Below, one piece after another: positions 13,440 through 27,760 of a DNA stretch of 64,000 nt. The notes under the pieces are model-generated. The model was not told the origin of the DNA. It saw nothing but the letters and a program-made list of their open reading frames with translations, and ran no database searches. This DNA comes from Eledone cirrhosa (Eukaryota). Numbering within the stretch: position 1 is the stretch's first letter; every line of letters starts with the position of its first letter. The DNA lies in NCBI GenBank assembly GCA_964016885.1, contig OZ024745.1, positions 63,984,001 through 64,048,000 of the forward strand. Direction: 5' to 3'. The position numbers and the translations under genes are program-made.

Positions 13440-13842
13440 ATACCTTCCTGCCAGATTGTTGAACGTATATACTTACCTTATGCATATTAACGGCTGAGTA
13501 GCCCAATTTGCATATTACGGGATGTTTGTTTACAAACACACCGAGCATTATAATAAATGTTCGGTGAATCCATACGTGCATATATATATGTGTGCATGTA
13601 TGTATATATATATATATATACATACTACTGTACGTCGGTATACATATATGTATGTACGTGTACATACTTATATTTAAGTAACAGCCGTACTAAGAGTGGG
13701 AAATGAAATATCGTTTCATTTTTTCCGTTTATCGTTTTCGGTGCACCCGGCCGATTAACCCACTCGATATGCAAATTGGGCTACTCAGCCGTTAATATGC
13801 ATAAGGTAAGTATATACGTTCAACAATCTGGCAGGAAGGTAT

Positions 13843-13885
13843 ACGTTGCTGACGATAGCTAACAAGCTTGAAACTAGTACAGCGT
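13843..13885 (+). ncRNA. Minimal type I hammerhead ribozyme (family A), predicted cleavage after 13879
   Basis: ACGTTG-CTGACGA-T-AGCT-AACA-AGCT-T-GAAA-CTAG-TA-CAGCGT: 6 bp stem I, intact core, palindromic stem III ACTAGT, GUA triplet. Confidence 0.85.
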
Positions 13886-14106
13886 TCCTTTGTCAGTGTT
13901 GAACAAACGAGCAACGGTGGTTGCTAGACACTACGGCTTAATACGGGATGTTTGTTTACAAACACACCGAGCATTATAATAAATGTTCGGTGAATCCATA
14001 CGTGCATATATATATATATGTGTGCATGTATGTATGTATATATATATATATATATATATACATACTACTGTACGTCGGTATACATATATGTATGTACGTG
14101 TACATA

Positions 14107-14849
<743 letters not shown>

Positions 14850-16251
14850 TTTAGCCTAGGACTAAGATTTCTTCTAGCTCAGTCATCAGTTAAAAACGTG
14901 CTCAAGTTTTTATAATTTGTCTTCTCAGTCTCTTTCATATTACCTTCCCTACTTTAACATATAATCAAAACAAAAATAGCTGATTAAAAAATATACATGT
15001 AAATGTTTGTAAACAACTCTAAATGGTTTTGAATTTGGGTTTTCATTGCACTATATAAATTTATCTTCTGCAGAGTCGTGACCATAACAAGATAAGGTTG
15101 TTTTAATATGAGATAATTACATTATCTACCAATACGAAACCGATTCATCATATCAAGTACATTCCAAAACCAGATTTCTTTGCACAAGATAACAGACGAC
15201 AATTCTAGTGTCATATGGAAACATGAAACTACACTTTGATAAATGTTGTTTAAAATAAAACCAGAATATCTACTAATGCATCCTTACGTTCACATATTTA
15301 TATTGCTCATTCTTTAATTTCCTAATCCTCTGAAACAATTACAACTACAAATATTAATATTTGATCAATATTGTTAAAGTATACTTTAAATGGATAATCT
15401 CAAAATAGTACGATACACTAGCAAGATTGAAGATATAACAATCCATAAGTCTAGTGTGGACTTTGGAATTGGTAAATAACCAAAGATACTTAAATATCCA
15501 GGTATTTATAGTAAACAAAACACAATGTCACTATCTCAATATATCTGGGATTTCAAATAGAGAGACACAGAGACATTTTTACGATTTTATTTGTCAACTG
15601 TCAAAACTGTTTAACCGTTTAAATATCCACCATTTAAGAAGAACTACATTTAAAATATGCTTTTGAAATAAAAAATATCGTTTCGAGCTGTCCAAATTGA
15701 AGATATTCTTCTATACATCTCTTAGAGTTTGCCACATCATTTTGGTGTAAGGACGAGTATTCTATTCGTAAAGAATATAGTTGGTGCTTCAAAAAACCAT
15801 AAGTTTTTGTATATCTCTGAAAATATTTAATCATGACAATATATCTGATGTTATCTTGACTGGTTAAAATAGGCTTAGGAGTTTAAAATTCTTTAGTTTA
15901 TAAATTCAACGTCGGTGTCCTTCGTAATATATACATATATATGGGGGGGTGTAGAATATTATAGAACTAGACACAAATATATTATTATCAACTATGTACT
16001 GCTCGTTCATACTATACTTCTTCTTAAATATCAACTTATAATAGAAGTTCAGTATTACGATGTTTATATGGATTTCTCAGATTGCACAGGATTTGTAGTA
16101 GAAAGGAGTTGATTTAATCGAAATTAGTTTATATTTAGTAGTTATTTTGTCGACTCTCATTGAGCAGAAGGCAAAGTAAACCTCGGACTAATTTCAACTA
16201 AGACTGTGAAGAGACAAAACTGATTACTGTTCTAAGCTCCATTATTACAAC

Positions 16252-16443
16252 TGGTGGATTGGCAGTATCGGTAAAGGGTCGGACGCCATGCTTTGCAGCA
16301 AAGAGTTACGGCCCTTTCCATTCTGAGTTCAAATCCCGCCGAGGTTAACATTGCCTTTCATCCTTACGGGGTCGATAAAATAAAGTACCAGTAATACACT
16401 GGGATAATTGCTGGCCTTGTGCCAAAAGTAGAAACAATTATTA
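16252..16443 (+). mobile_element. SINE copy
   Basis: Full A box, B box, central domain and GAAACAATTATT end. Confidence 0.9.
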
Positions 16444-17462
16444 CAACACCGTACGTCATTACTTCTAATGTGGTACAATGTTGCACACTTCATAAAAGAG
16501 GTATAGTTGAAACCTACGTCAGCAATAAGCGACAAACATCTCATAGACCCAAGAGGAGTCATGTCAATGTTGACCTTACTAAAGTTAAACTGAATATGAA
16601 AAATAATTAAACTCAAGGAACTGTTTAATACGACAATCTACAGTTTATTCTACTACGCAATATTATGTTAATTGGACTGCGATATTTTTACCAGAATTTC
16701 TCACTTAAATATCGATTAATCTCATCACTAAAGCTGTAATTTTAATTAGTTAATATTCCGTAACTCATTTATAGTAACGCATACTTTATTTTCAGTTTGC
16801 TATGTACTATGCAACACTGGGCATTTTCATTAGTTATTATTTTAACTTATAACGTGTCTCAATATTCATTGACAAAAATCTTGTATACATCTTTGATCAT
16901 TTACGATCTGCACCAATATTTGGAGTAGTCATTCCGACGCGTATTCCGGAGCATGTTATTAACGTATCGCTAACGATAAAACTGCCATCCCACTGCGTTT
17001 CATAATTCATTAAATTTAATCAATTGAAATGCGGATGATTTCTCTGCCTTTATCATTTTCTACCAGAAATAATCATTTATATAATGATTATTCTTATCGC
17101 TAAGGTTGTAATCTTAATTAATTGGTTATCCTTGGCTTACTACAAAGGTATACTCGCGCCTACAGTAGGTACATTGGTAGTAGTTTAGCGGTTAACTGTG
17201 GCTTTCATCCCACGAGATAAATAAGAAAAGTAACAGGCATCTATTGAAAATACCCAGCTCTTAAAAATTACGCTTCACATAATTAGAAAAGACACGACTA
17301 ATTAGGAGGTTGCAGATAATGGAACTGTAAAAATATGTAAATCATTTCAGAAATTAGGCATGTAATATCTACATATATACGTGTATAGATATAGAAGCAT
17401 ATGCACATTTTTACACATATAACTCAAAACATACAGATCCACGCATGCAATATCACCCATAC

Positions 17463-17508
<46 letters not shown>

Positions 17509-17573
17509 GCACGCACACACACACACATATAAACACATACAGGCATACACACGTATCTACCTGTTGTATATAA

Positions 17574-17607
<34 letters not shown>

Positions 17608-17611
17608 GGAG

Positions 17612-17737
17612 AGAAGTTTATCCAAGGTTCAATCGGGGGTAACCACAGTAAGTAAGGTACTCAATACAAAGTAGAGTATAAATATTTAATATAGAAAAGC
17701 TTCTACAGGACCAGAACTGTTTCATTCGTGAGAAATA
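17612..17737 (-). mobile_element. Family C element, truncated inside the hammerhead
   Basis: Reverse complement of 27635-27760-like sequence (GAATGAAACAGTTCTGGTCCTGTAGAAGC...GAGTACCTTACTTACTGTGGTTAC). Confidence 0.8.
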
Positions 17738-17751
17738 TATATATATATATA

Positions 17752-17950
17752 TTAGAAAGTGAGGTTTTTTATAAAATGAAAAAAAAAAAACGAGGTGTCC
17801 TACACGAGTGAATGTATAAGGAAAAAAGATAAAATCAAAAATGCAACTGGAGTCTTTTTTTATAAAAATATATATTTATTTGGTTCCTTTACCGGTTTCG
17901 CAGTTCTTCCCCTTTTCAAAAGTAGAATTGAGATGGAGGGTTTGTGATTT
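17752..17950 (-). mobile_element. Family H element with decayed hammerhead-like motif
   Basis: Minus CTT-TTGAAAA-GGGGAAGAACTGC-GAAA-CCGG-TA-AAG; the 3' end (CACTCGTGTAGGACAYCTCGTTTTT...) recurs at ~28836-28890 and ~29683-29732, each followed by (TA)n. Confidence 0.55.
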
Positions 17951-17975
17951 TTCTCACTCTCTCTTTCTCTCTCTC

Positions 17976-18069
<94 letters not shown>

Positions 18070-18306
18070 GAGAGGGAGAGAGAGAGAGAGAGTGAGAGAG
18101 AGAGAGAGAGAGAGAGATGAGCCTGACCGCAATGGCAAGCGGTTGGGTTTATACCCTTCTCTATACCCACTCTGCAATATTGAGTGCTCCCATGATTTGT
18201 GATCTCCCCGGTCTCAGCACTACAGACTCTCTCTTTCTCTCTCTCTCTATATATATATATCTATCTCTCTCTTTCTCTCTATATCTCTCTCCTTCTCTCT
18301 CTCTCT

Positions 18307-18355
<49 letters not shown>

Positions 18356-19069
18356 GGGGTACGTATGTGTGTGCATATTTATATATATATATAAACATGT
18401 ACAAAAATATATATGTATATGTATTGTGTTCCCAATGAGTACTTATTCCTGCAACCTAATCATGATTAATACAAGTTACAACAACGAATGATAACATTAA
18501 TTACTCTGCTTTAGTAAATTTATGTAATGTTATGGTAAAGGTTTCGGTAATTTGACCTGTGAATTGTTTAAACAACGTCAGTGATGGGGTGAGAACATAA
18601 TGTCTTTCTAATAAAATATTCGTTTCAAATTGTAACATAAAATTAGCGTATTTCTCTTTTTAGTACATTTGGAACAGCTCGGATATGTTTTCTATATATT
18701 TATTTGAATTTTATAATTTTTGTTTACCCTGTTGATTTTTTATTTTGTTTTATAGTTTGCTTAATCTGATTACTTTTGTTCCCAATGAAACCAAAAATGT
18801 TGAATTTTCCCAGCGAAAATAGAACACCATCATTTTTTTTTTTTTATTGTAATGTTTCAGTATTCTCCTTTAAAATGTCCTTTTCTGTTCAGTTATGATC
18901 TTGTCCTATATTGTATGTACTCGTAAGAACAAGTTAACTTGCTAGGTTTGCCATTGATAGTTTTAACATATATTACCTTCCAGAAGAATAAACCAGAAAA
19001 TGAAACAAAATTTCGAAAAGTGTGATTGTAGCTTATCTATTAATGAAGAATCTAAGCAACAACGCTTGA

Positions 19070-19280
19070 ATAATAATTTCTGATTTATGCACAATGCCAA
19101 GCATTTCAGGCCGGGAAAGTCGATTAAATCGACGCCAGTTCATTACTAGAGCTTTATTTTGTCGATCCCGTACGGATGAAAGGTTAAGCTAACCTCGGGG
19201 TATTTGAACGTAAAGGTCCGTGACTCTATGCTGCAAAGTATATTATCCGACGTTCTACCGATACTACTGAGCCACCGCCT
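19070..19280 (-). mobile_element. SINE copy
   Basis: Reverse complement of the SINE consensus, diverged. Confidence 0.8.
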
Positions 19281-19445
19281 CACAAGTCTTAAATAATAGA
19301 AGGAATTAGATAACTTTTGTTCGAAACAAATAGACTAAGCATATAGACTAAGCATATTGTAAAGTAATCAAAGTATGCAAATAATGTAAATTGTCAACAA
19401 AATGCCTTATCACAATGAAGAAATGCATAAGGATATTGACAGCAA

Positions 19446-19491
<46 letters not shown>

Positions 19492-20166
19492 ATTACATAA
19501 GTTCCTGATCTTTATTATCGTGAGTTTGACGCCAAAACCAGTATATTCTTGTTTAATTGTCTTTTTTATATTACTGCTAACTAATGCATTATAAGGCTTT
19601 CGCCTTATAATGCATTTCCTTTTTTATTACGTTCTTTTATTTTATACTCTAATATTTATTTCACAAGTATCAAAGTAGAATTCTATCGTGAGATTATTTT
19701 AAACATCCTAATTTGTTACAATACACTCCTACGTGTGCTAAAGCTACAGAGGGAAACTCAGAATTACAGTCCTAATCCTGCTACGTCATCTGAATTTGGT
19801 GCCAAACTTTGTCATCGCAAATAAGGTAAAGATCTCTGAATAGGACCTTTTAAACTTTCAGTTGATTTTTGTTTCGGTATCTCGCCGGCTCATTTACCTA
19901 GCTGACCATACTTGTTAATACGTATAAACAATCACAAAAGACTATGTACATAGTTAGCAGGAATTAACAATGTTAAACTTTAAGTTGATTTATGCGAATC
20001 CTGAAATAAAATATAACGAATTATTATTTAAATACAGTTTACCACGCACTTTGAAAAGGGAAGATCTAACTTTGTCAAACATTTCATTTCTGGCAAGTTA
20101 ACATCGTGTATGGTGGTAACAGCGAATTATAAATTTGTTTTACACTAAACCAATGTAAGTGTTAAC

Positions 20167-20247
<81 letters not shown>

Positions 20248-20249
<2 letters not shown>

Positions 20250-20376
20250 GCCATGCTTTCCAGCATAGTTACGTCCCTTTACGATCTGAGTTCAAATCCC
20301 GCCGGGGTCGATAAAATAAAGTACCAGTAATGAACTGGGTAATTGCTGGCCTTGTGCCTAAAAGTAGAAACAATTA
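20248..20376 (+). mobile_element. SINE copy with internal deletion
   Basis: ACGCCATGCTTT...GAGTTCAAATCCCGCCG/GGGTCGATAAAATAAAGTACCAGT...GAAACAATTAT. Confidence 0.85.
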
Positions 20377-20463
20377 TATATATATATATATATAATGTAT
20401 GTATGTATGTATGTATGTATGTATATATATATATATAATGTATGTATGAATGTATATACACAG

Positions 20464-20542
<79 letters not shown>

Positions 20543-22823
20543 TATAGATATAGATATATAGATATAGATATAGTTATAGATATATATATATAAACGTACA
20601 TACATATATGCTGTGTGTATATGAGTACGTTTGTGTACATAAGCATGTGTTAGTATGTGCATGTGTATATATCTATATGTGCTATATATGTATGTAAGTG
20701 CATATTTGTATAAACGTACGCATGACATGTGCTTCTTCATACGGATTAGATTTAATAAGTATAATTTCTGTTGAATATATTTTTGTAAATAAACCAAAGC
20801 CTTATATATAAACATATCTAGCTCCCCTAACACATCTTGTTAATGAATATAACCCCGTTTGTTTCAATATCTATGAAACTGTCTTAATTTTCTCCCTGAT
20901 TTTAAATATTCTTTCACAGTGAGAAAGCGCACCACCTCTGGTTGGCATGTTTAAGGTACTTCTAATTTGATAAATATTTAGAAAGATCTTGGTATATTTT
21001 CCCCTTTCTCGCTCGTAGGTTATCATATGGCATTTCAAGTCTTTCGAGTTTAATTCAGAAAGGAATGTTTGAAAGTTATTTTCAGTAATATTTGGCTCCA
21101 GTAAGTGCTATTTTAGTTTTTCGCAAATTCTTTCGTCCCTTTTTTTTGGTTTTCTCTAATGTTTGCATAATCTCAATGTTTTTCTTCATTTCTTTGTTTG
21201 TCAGTTGAGACTCCCCAAGAACTATAACCACTTTTAGAATAACATTTTATAAATTTTTATTCGTGTTTACGATGTTATATTTTCTCGGCATAGTTGTCTT
21301 TTTTTATATGTGAAAATATTAAAGAATTCCTGAAACGTCCAACTCTTCCATTCTCAGTAACATCTGCTGGCATATGTTCTCACAGTCCTCTACTGTGGCT
21401 TACATAATACCCAATGAATGAGTTGCTAATATAATATTATTGTTTCACTTTTCTTCTTTTAGTTAAATTACTACGTGTCTAGCCATGGAGAATTTGGTTC
21501 CTTTTTTGATTTTCTTCTTTTTTTTTTTTTTTTATTTCATTTCATATTATGTTATTTGTTTGGGTCCTCTACTTTAAGAAACCTTCCTGTTTAACGTATG
21601 CAAAACGTTTCTAAAAAAAACAACAAAACACAGAATATCAAATCTAGAATTATCTTGCCCCGCGCTGTTTTTCTTAAAGTCATTTAACTATCATTCTTCG
21701 CTTGTTATGGGTACTGCTTTATGTTCTTTTACATGTTTCTGCTTATCTTTTTAATTCTGTAATTTATCATATTTTTCAATGGCAAACATAAAACAAATAA
21801 GGCAAAATAGAATGCAAATGGCGTTAAAGAACATTCTACAATTCTTGCAACAGAGCAAACAGTCGTAGCATTAAATTTACAAAAAAAAGACATTCGTTGA
21901 AATGTTACTTGTAACTTACCACGCATAAAGTTCTTCCACGAAACATATTAATGCAGCAAAACTAAGCATATCAGTGACTGAGTCGCATATTGAAGAAATA
22001 ACTTTTATAATACTACGAACTGTGATATATAAGTTGATGAAATATAGTTTTATATAATGACTATAAATGACTATTCTAAGATACAAGAATAGAAACAAAA
22101 CTACTAGTCAGGTGGCAGTACAGGCCTAGAAGAGTAAGGGAAATTGAAGATAGAGATATTGACATACAAACAGAAGTAGAATGAGATAAGAAAATAAGAA
22201 ATGGGGGTGATCGATATTTTCACGAATGCATTATTTGTTAATTATTCTATTCTACTTCGGAAGATACGATATCATCACTACACCACTAATCTGTAGTCAG
22301 ATTCCAATTTGTTCTATATACAGTTACCAAATCATTACCTCTAAACTTTTGCCTGATTTGCTCCATCTAATTAAGAAGGCATTCTACAGAGCCTTATCCG
22401 GTTCACTACACTGCCCCCAGTGAAAGAATATGAACTTAAAATATTTTACTTGAAATGCACCACTCTGTGTCTATTCGGAAGTTCCTTCTGGAGCTGCAAA
22501 CTAAAGATGGAAACTTGAGATCTGAATCAATAACTTCATCGACTCTACTGAGGGTTCTTATGACACTTCAGGCACATTTGTAATGATATGACTACAGCTT
22601 CTTCCTGTCGTTTGATACTTGACCAGGATAGACGAACATTCTTCAGTCATAGTGACGCCACCTTCTATTAATTCTTTTAACCAACTGTTGTATTTCTTCC
22701 AAAAATCTATATTGTAAAATACTGTTAAGCGAGTTACTACATTTAGGAATAAATAGCCATTAGATAAATATAACCATGACAATGATTTTCGTTTCTACTC
22801 GACATTTTAACCTTATGAATATA

Positions 22824-22894
<71 letters not shown>

Positions 22895-22993
22895 GCCTAC
22901 ATACTCACATCCATCTATCCATATATATATATGTGTGTGTGTGCGTGTGTGTGTGTGTGTGCGTGCGTGTGTGCGCGTCTGTGTGTACATATG

Positions 22994-23024
<31 letters not shown>

Positions 23025-23518
23025 ATGTGTGTCTGTCTGTGTGTGTGTCTGTGTGTGTGTGTGTGTTTGTGTATGTATGTGTGTGTGTGTGTACCTATGA
23101 GTAATGGCTGCATCCCGGTTTCGACCATTTTCTCATACAAGTGTTGCATGAACATAACCTTTTATTTTTTCAAAAGATTCCTTTCCACATATGCTTCACT
23201 CATGGAAAAAAAAGAAAAGACCATGCTCCTGCAACACAGGTGAAGGTCATTTAGATTAAATGATGCTTGTGCTTAAAACTTTTTTTAAGTAAAGAAAAGC
23301 CATGCGCAGGACCAATCCCACTTTTTGAACAACAGTGACAGGTAGACAAAAAGAAGAACATTATTAGCTGCCATCGAGTCTCAAGTGTGACATCATATTT
23401 TTCTGTTTCTGAGAAAGATGTTCTAGCAATAACCAGGAGTCTTTCACTCTCGTTGGGCTAACCGTGCGCTCGGGCACTAAATCGAGTATTTCCATGTCCC
23501 CGCGCATATATATATAAA

Positions 23519-23942
23519 CATGGTGGCTGCCAACTCGTTTTCGAGTACGGCCACTACTTTATGTAGGAGAACCCCTACCGATGCGCTGAACGAGTGTGAC
23601 TTTTTAGTCCAGCCAGCGACTTGAAAACTCTGGTACAAACACTACACTTGCGACAATTATTGACACATAATTCTGGGCACATGGTACCATCTGATGACAA
23701 GTGCAGAGAGATCTCCAGATATAAAGCAATGCCTGTGCCGTGAAGCTTTTATAGTGAGCAAAGGCACTGCACAAAGCCAGTCCCACTCTCTTAACCAAGA
23801 TGATATTTACCAAAAAGAAGAACAAGTCAACATCATTGGATACCATCAGAGTTGCAGGTGTTATATCAGAGTTTTCCTTCTCCTAGAATTCTGCCGGTGA
23901 TTTTGGATGGCCATTGACTCTTAAGAGCTCCTTTGCCCTTTG
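23519..23942 (-). mobile_element. ~610 bp non-autonomous retroposon, 5'-truncated copy
   Basis: Near identical to 25219-25680; shared end ATGGTGGCTGCCAACTCG next to (TA)n. Confidence 0.85.
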
Positions 23943-24169
23943 ATACATATATATACATATATATATATACATACATATATACATATATATATACATACAT
24001 ATATATATATACATACATACATATATATATATACATACATATATATATATACATATATACATACATACATATATATATACATACATATACATACATATAT
24101 ACATACATATACATACATATATACATACATGTAAATATACATACATATATACATACATGTACATATAGA

Positions 24170-24377
24170 TATGGTGGCTGCCAACTCGTTTTCGAGTACG
24201 GCCACTACTTTATATCCATGTAGGAGAACCCCTACCGATGCGCTTGTGCTGGTCCCATGTGACGACAAGTGCAGAGAGATCTCCAGATATAAAGCAATGC
24301 CTGTGCCGTGAAGCTTTTATAGTGAGCAAAGGCAGTGCACGAAGCCAGTCCCACTCTCTTGACCAGGATGACATTTA
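24170..24377 (-). mobile_element. Same retroposon, truncated and internally deleted copy
   Basis: Same fixed end; deletion after CCGATGCGCT. Confidence 0.85.
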
Positions 24378-24392
24378 TGTATGTATATATAA

Positions 24393-24422
<30 letters not shown>

Positions 24423-24428
<6 letters not shown>

Positions 24429-25090
24429 TACAGTAGAAAACCTCAACACATTGTCTAATGATCGTGCTACCCATTCTGGTCGACCCAGAAAGTGTACAGA
24501 GGACGTTATCGACATAGCCCGAGAGTCTGTTAAACAGAACCCAAAACGATAGCCACCCAGGACAAGCCAATTCTTGGATCTTTCCACAGAAAGTTGCAGA
24601 AGATTTGTCAAAGAAGATCTTAAGAGGTATTCCTACAGAATACAGGTTAAACAAAAGCTTATTGTAGCAAGGAGAATGCTACGATTGAGAAAATACCGGA
24701 GAAGATGAAAATAATCTAAATTTTCTGAATCTACTGCGGACTTCAGATGACGCCCACTTTCACTGTGAGGGAAAGATCAGCACTAAAAACAATGTGTTCT
24801 GTGTGTCATAAAATCTCACTGGAGTGATTTTGAAGCCTTTCTACTCAGCTAAATGTGCAGTCTGGGATGCCATTCTGAGAAAGAGCCGTTTGACCCATTC
24901 TTCTTTGACGAAAATTGTGTCATTGCAAAAGTCACAAGGAACGCTATATGGAGGTCCTGCAAATCTTCAAACAGGATCTATAGGCAGTATACCAATTTCT
25001 AATGAATTAATTCTGATACCAGCAAGACAGAGCAAGCGCTCACACCTCCAATGAATCGCGAGAATGCCTGAAGACTGATTTTGAGCGGAC
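24423..25090 (+). pseudogene. Tc1/mariner (rosa/DD41D-like) transposase relic
   Basis: HGTV...HSGRPRKCTEDVIDIARESVKQNPKR ... KEDLKRYSYRIQVKQKL ... FLNLLRTSDDAHFH ... YSAKCAVW ... PFFFDE ... ERYMEVL ... YQQDRASAHTS; several stops and frameshifts. Confidence 0.85.
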
Positions 25091-25218
25091 AACACACAAC
25101 CCCTATAAACTGTATGTCATCAAACCCAGGAATATCACTGTAGTAACTATGTAACATTCTCATGAATGTGGAATAAAAGAAAAGTAAGTTCTTGTTTATG
25201 GGAAGATATATATATATA

Positions 25219-25830
25219 TATGGTGGCTGCCAACTCGTTTTCGAGTACGGCCACTACTTTATATCCATGTAGGAGAACCCCTACCGATGCGCTGAACGAG
25301 TGTGACATTTTAGTCCAGCCAGCGACTTGAAAACTCTGGTACAATCACTACATTTGTGACAATTATTGACACATAGTGCTGGGCCCATGGTTCCATGTGA
25401 CGACAAGTGCAGAGAGATCTCCAGATATAAAGCAATGCCTGTGCCGTGAAGCTTTTATAGTGAGCAAAGGTACTGCACAAAGCCGGTCCCACTCTCTTAA
25501 CCAAGATGATATTTACCAAAAAGAAGAACAAGTCAACATCATTGGATACCGTCAGGGCTGCAGGTGTTATATCAGAGTTTTCCTTCTCCTAGAATTCTGC
25601 CTTTACAAAGGCTAAGGGGTCATCTCTCCCGGTGATTTTGGATGGCCATTGACTCTTAAGAGCTCCTTTGCCCTTTGACAGGTTTTGTTTTTAGTCCTGC
25701 AGGATGTCCAAAGTCACCCTCCTCACCAAGAAACCTTGGTGGGGTTGCCAGTTTAGTCGCCAACGACCCGACTATGAGACAGGTTGTACTGGGATACATG
25801 TTTCCAGTAGCACCAACTGGTGACCTGACA
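25219..25830 (-). mobile_element. ~610 bp non-autonomous retroposon, apparently full length (RTE 5'-UTR-like)
   Basis: Colinear with 56101-56695; minus strand contains CTAGGAGAAGGAAAACTCTGA, which I recognise from RTE-type 5' UTRs; hairpin GTGGC..ACTCG-AAAA-CGAGT..GCCAC at the 3' end before (TA)n; no ORF. Confidence 0.75.
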
Positions 25831-25848
25831 TCAATATATATATATATA

Positions 25849-26376
25849 TATAAGTATGTATACGTACATACATATATGTATACAGACGTACAGTAGTATG
25901 TATATATATACATACATGCACACATAAATATATGTACGTATGGATTCACCAAACATTTATTATAATGCTCGGTGTGTTTGTAAACAAACATCCCGTATTA
26001 AGCCGTAGTGTCTAGCAACCACCGTTGCTCGTTTGTTCAACACTGACAAAGGAACGCTGTACTAGTTTCAAGCTTGTTAGCTATCGTCAGCAACGTATAC
26101 CTTCCTGCCAGATAGTTGAACGTCCGAAAGTATATGCTTTCCTTATGCATATTAACGGCTGAGTAGCCCAATTTGCATATCGAGTGGGTTAATCGGCTGG
26201 GTGCACCGAAAACGATAAACGGAAAAAATGAAACGAAATTTCATTTCCCACTCTTAGTACGGCTGTTACTTAAATATAAGTATGTACACGTACATACATA
26301 TATGTATACAGACGTACAGTAGTATGTATATATATATACATACATGCACACATATATATATGTACGTATGGATTCA

Positions 26377-26378
<2 letters not shown>
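25849..26378 (-). mobile_element. Family A element, 1.24 units (426 bp period), hammerhead at 26054-26096
   Basis: TATAAGTATGTA at 25849 and 26275; hammerhead identical to 13397-13439; (TA)n both sides. Confidence 0.9.
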
Positions 26379-26466
<88 letters not shown>

Positions 26467-27365
26467 ACATATTGTTGAAGACTAAATGTCTACTAACTCA
26501 CCACACTAAACAACAACACTTATAATGAGTCAACGAGGAGGCAATTATGTGGCCGCTTAAACTACTAGAAATAGCATCCACATCTCGTTTAAATCACAAT
26601 TTACCAGGTAACATTGATAATTATCAATATATATTATAATATATATATTGATAAGATAATTAAGGATAATGCTACTATTATTCTTGCTGTTGCGCTTGTT
26701 GTCACTGTTGTTGCTATTTTAAATATCCTAACGCTGCTATTGTTATCGTTTTCACTTATTTAACTTTCAAATTGTAATTTTCGAATATAGTCGCCACGAT
26801 GCAGATAATTCTAATAACAGATGATAATTCCGTCAAAGGGTCCCTGGCTCCTAATTATAAACTGTAAAATTTCAAATTTTCAAATATTGATTAGGCCAAA
26901 AAATTCAACTATAGATATCGGTATTTTAGCGACTTTCTACCACAATCGCTATCATCCTTATCAACTTTCTAGTAACTACTTTTCGTAGGAGAATCATTTT
27001 CTCCGTAAGTTTTCCACCAAGTAAATATACCACTTTTGCCACCCTCCGTAGCCATTCATAAAACCATCGTATTCACCGTTGTTGTCGTCATTGATGTGTG
27101 ATCTAGAACTAAAATGCTAACATACTTGTCATTTATGACTAATTGATTAGAGTGAAAAAGCTTTTGTCTAAATATACAATTGTAAACATGTAATGCTAGG
27201 GATAATAAATTTGGCGATAGTGGCGGCTATGGGATGGGAATTGGTAGTCGTGATTGTGGTCGTTAATGATTATCTATGTGTGGGTTGAGGGTGATAATAG
27301 TAGCTATAGATTGGTTAGTTCCCGGCATTGTCTCATGACTGAATCCACTAACTAAATAAATATAT

Positions 27366-27429
<64 letters not shown>

Positions 27430-27517
27430 ATTTACATATACATAAAGTCATAGATATATATGGGAGAAGAAATTATATATATTGTATCTAATAATTCTAA
27501 GGACATGATTTATGATA

Positions 27518-27562
<45 letters not shown>

Positions 27563-27566
<4 letters not shown>

Positions 27567-27760
27567 TTATTATAGATGAGATTCTACAGGACTAGAACTG
27601 TTTCATTCTTTAGAAATCATCAGGATTCCTGATGATTTCTAAAGAATGAAACAGTTCTAGTCCTGTAGAATCTCATCTATATTAAAACTTTTATACTCTG
27701 CTATGTATTGAGTACCTTACTTACTGTGGTTACTTCCGATTCAACCCGGAATAACTTACC
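27563..27760 (+). mobile_element. Family C element: 127 bp palindrome of back-to-back hammerheads plus 3' tail
   Basis: Arms 27563-27625 and 27627-27689 around T27626. Confidence 0.9.
27623..27673 (+). ncRNA. Type I hammerhead ribozyme (family C), predicted cleavage after 27667; mirror copy on the minus strand
   Basis: GGATTC-CTGATGA-T-TTC-TAAA-GAA-T-GAAA-CAG-TTCTAGTC-CTG-TA-GAATCT. Confidence 0.85.

Larger units (their letters stand above)
13126..14110. mobile_element. Hammerhead element family A: 426 bp unit, 1.4 direct copies (13516-14110, +) preceded by an inverted copy (13126-13515, -)
   Basis: TACGGGATGTTTG at 13516 and 13942 (period 426); left arm is the reverse complement of the unit; (TA)n at both ends. 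Confidence 0.9.

Noticed and set aside
19583-19616. 15 bp perfect hairpin AATGCATTATAAGGC-TTTC-GCCTTATAATGCATT as a terminator
   Set aside because: Eukaryotic context; more likely a repeat terminus and no function can be supported.
23115-23155. Minus-strand TTGTATGA...GAAACCGG hammerhead remnant
   Set aside because: Too degenerate: core, triplet and stem I are all imperfect.
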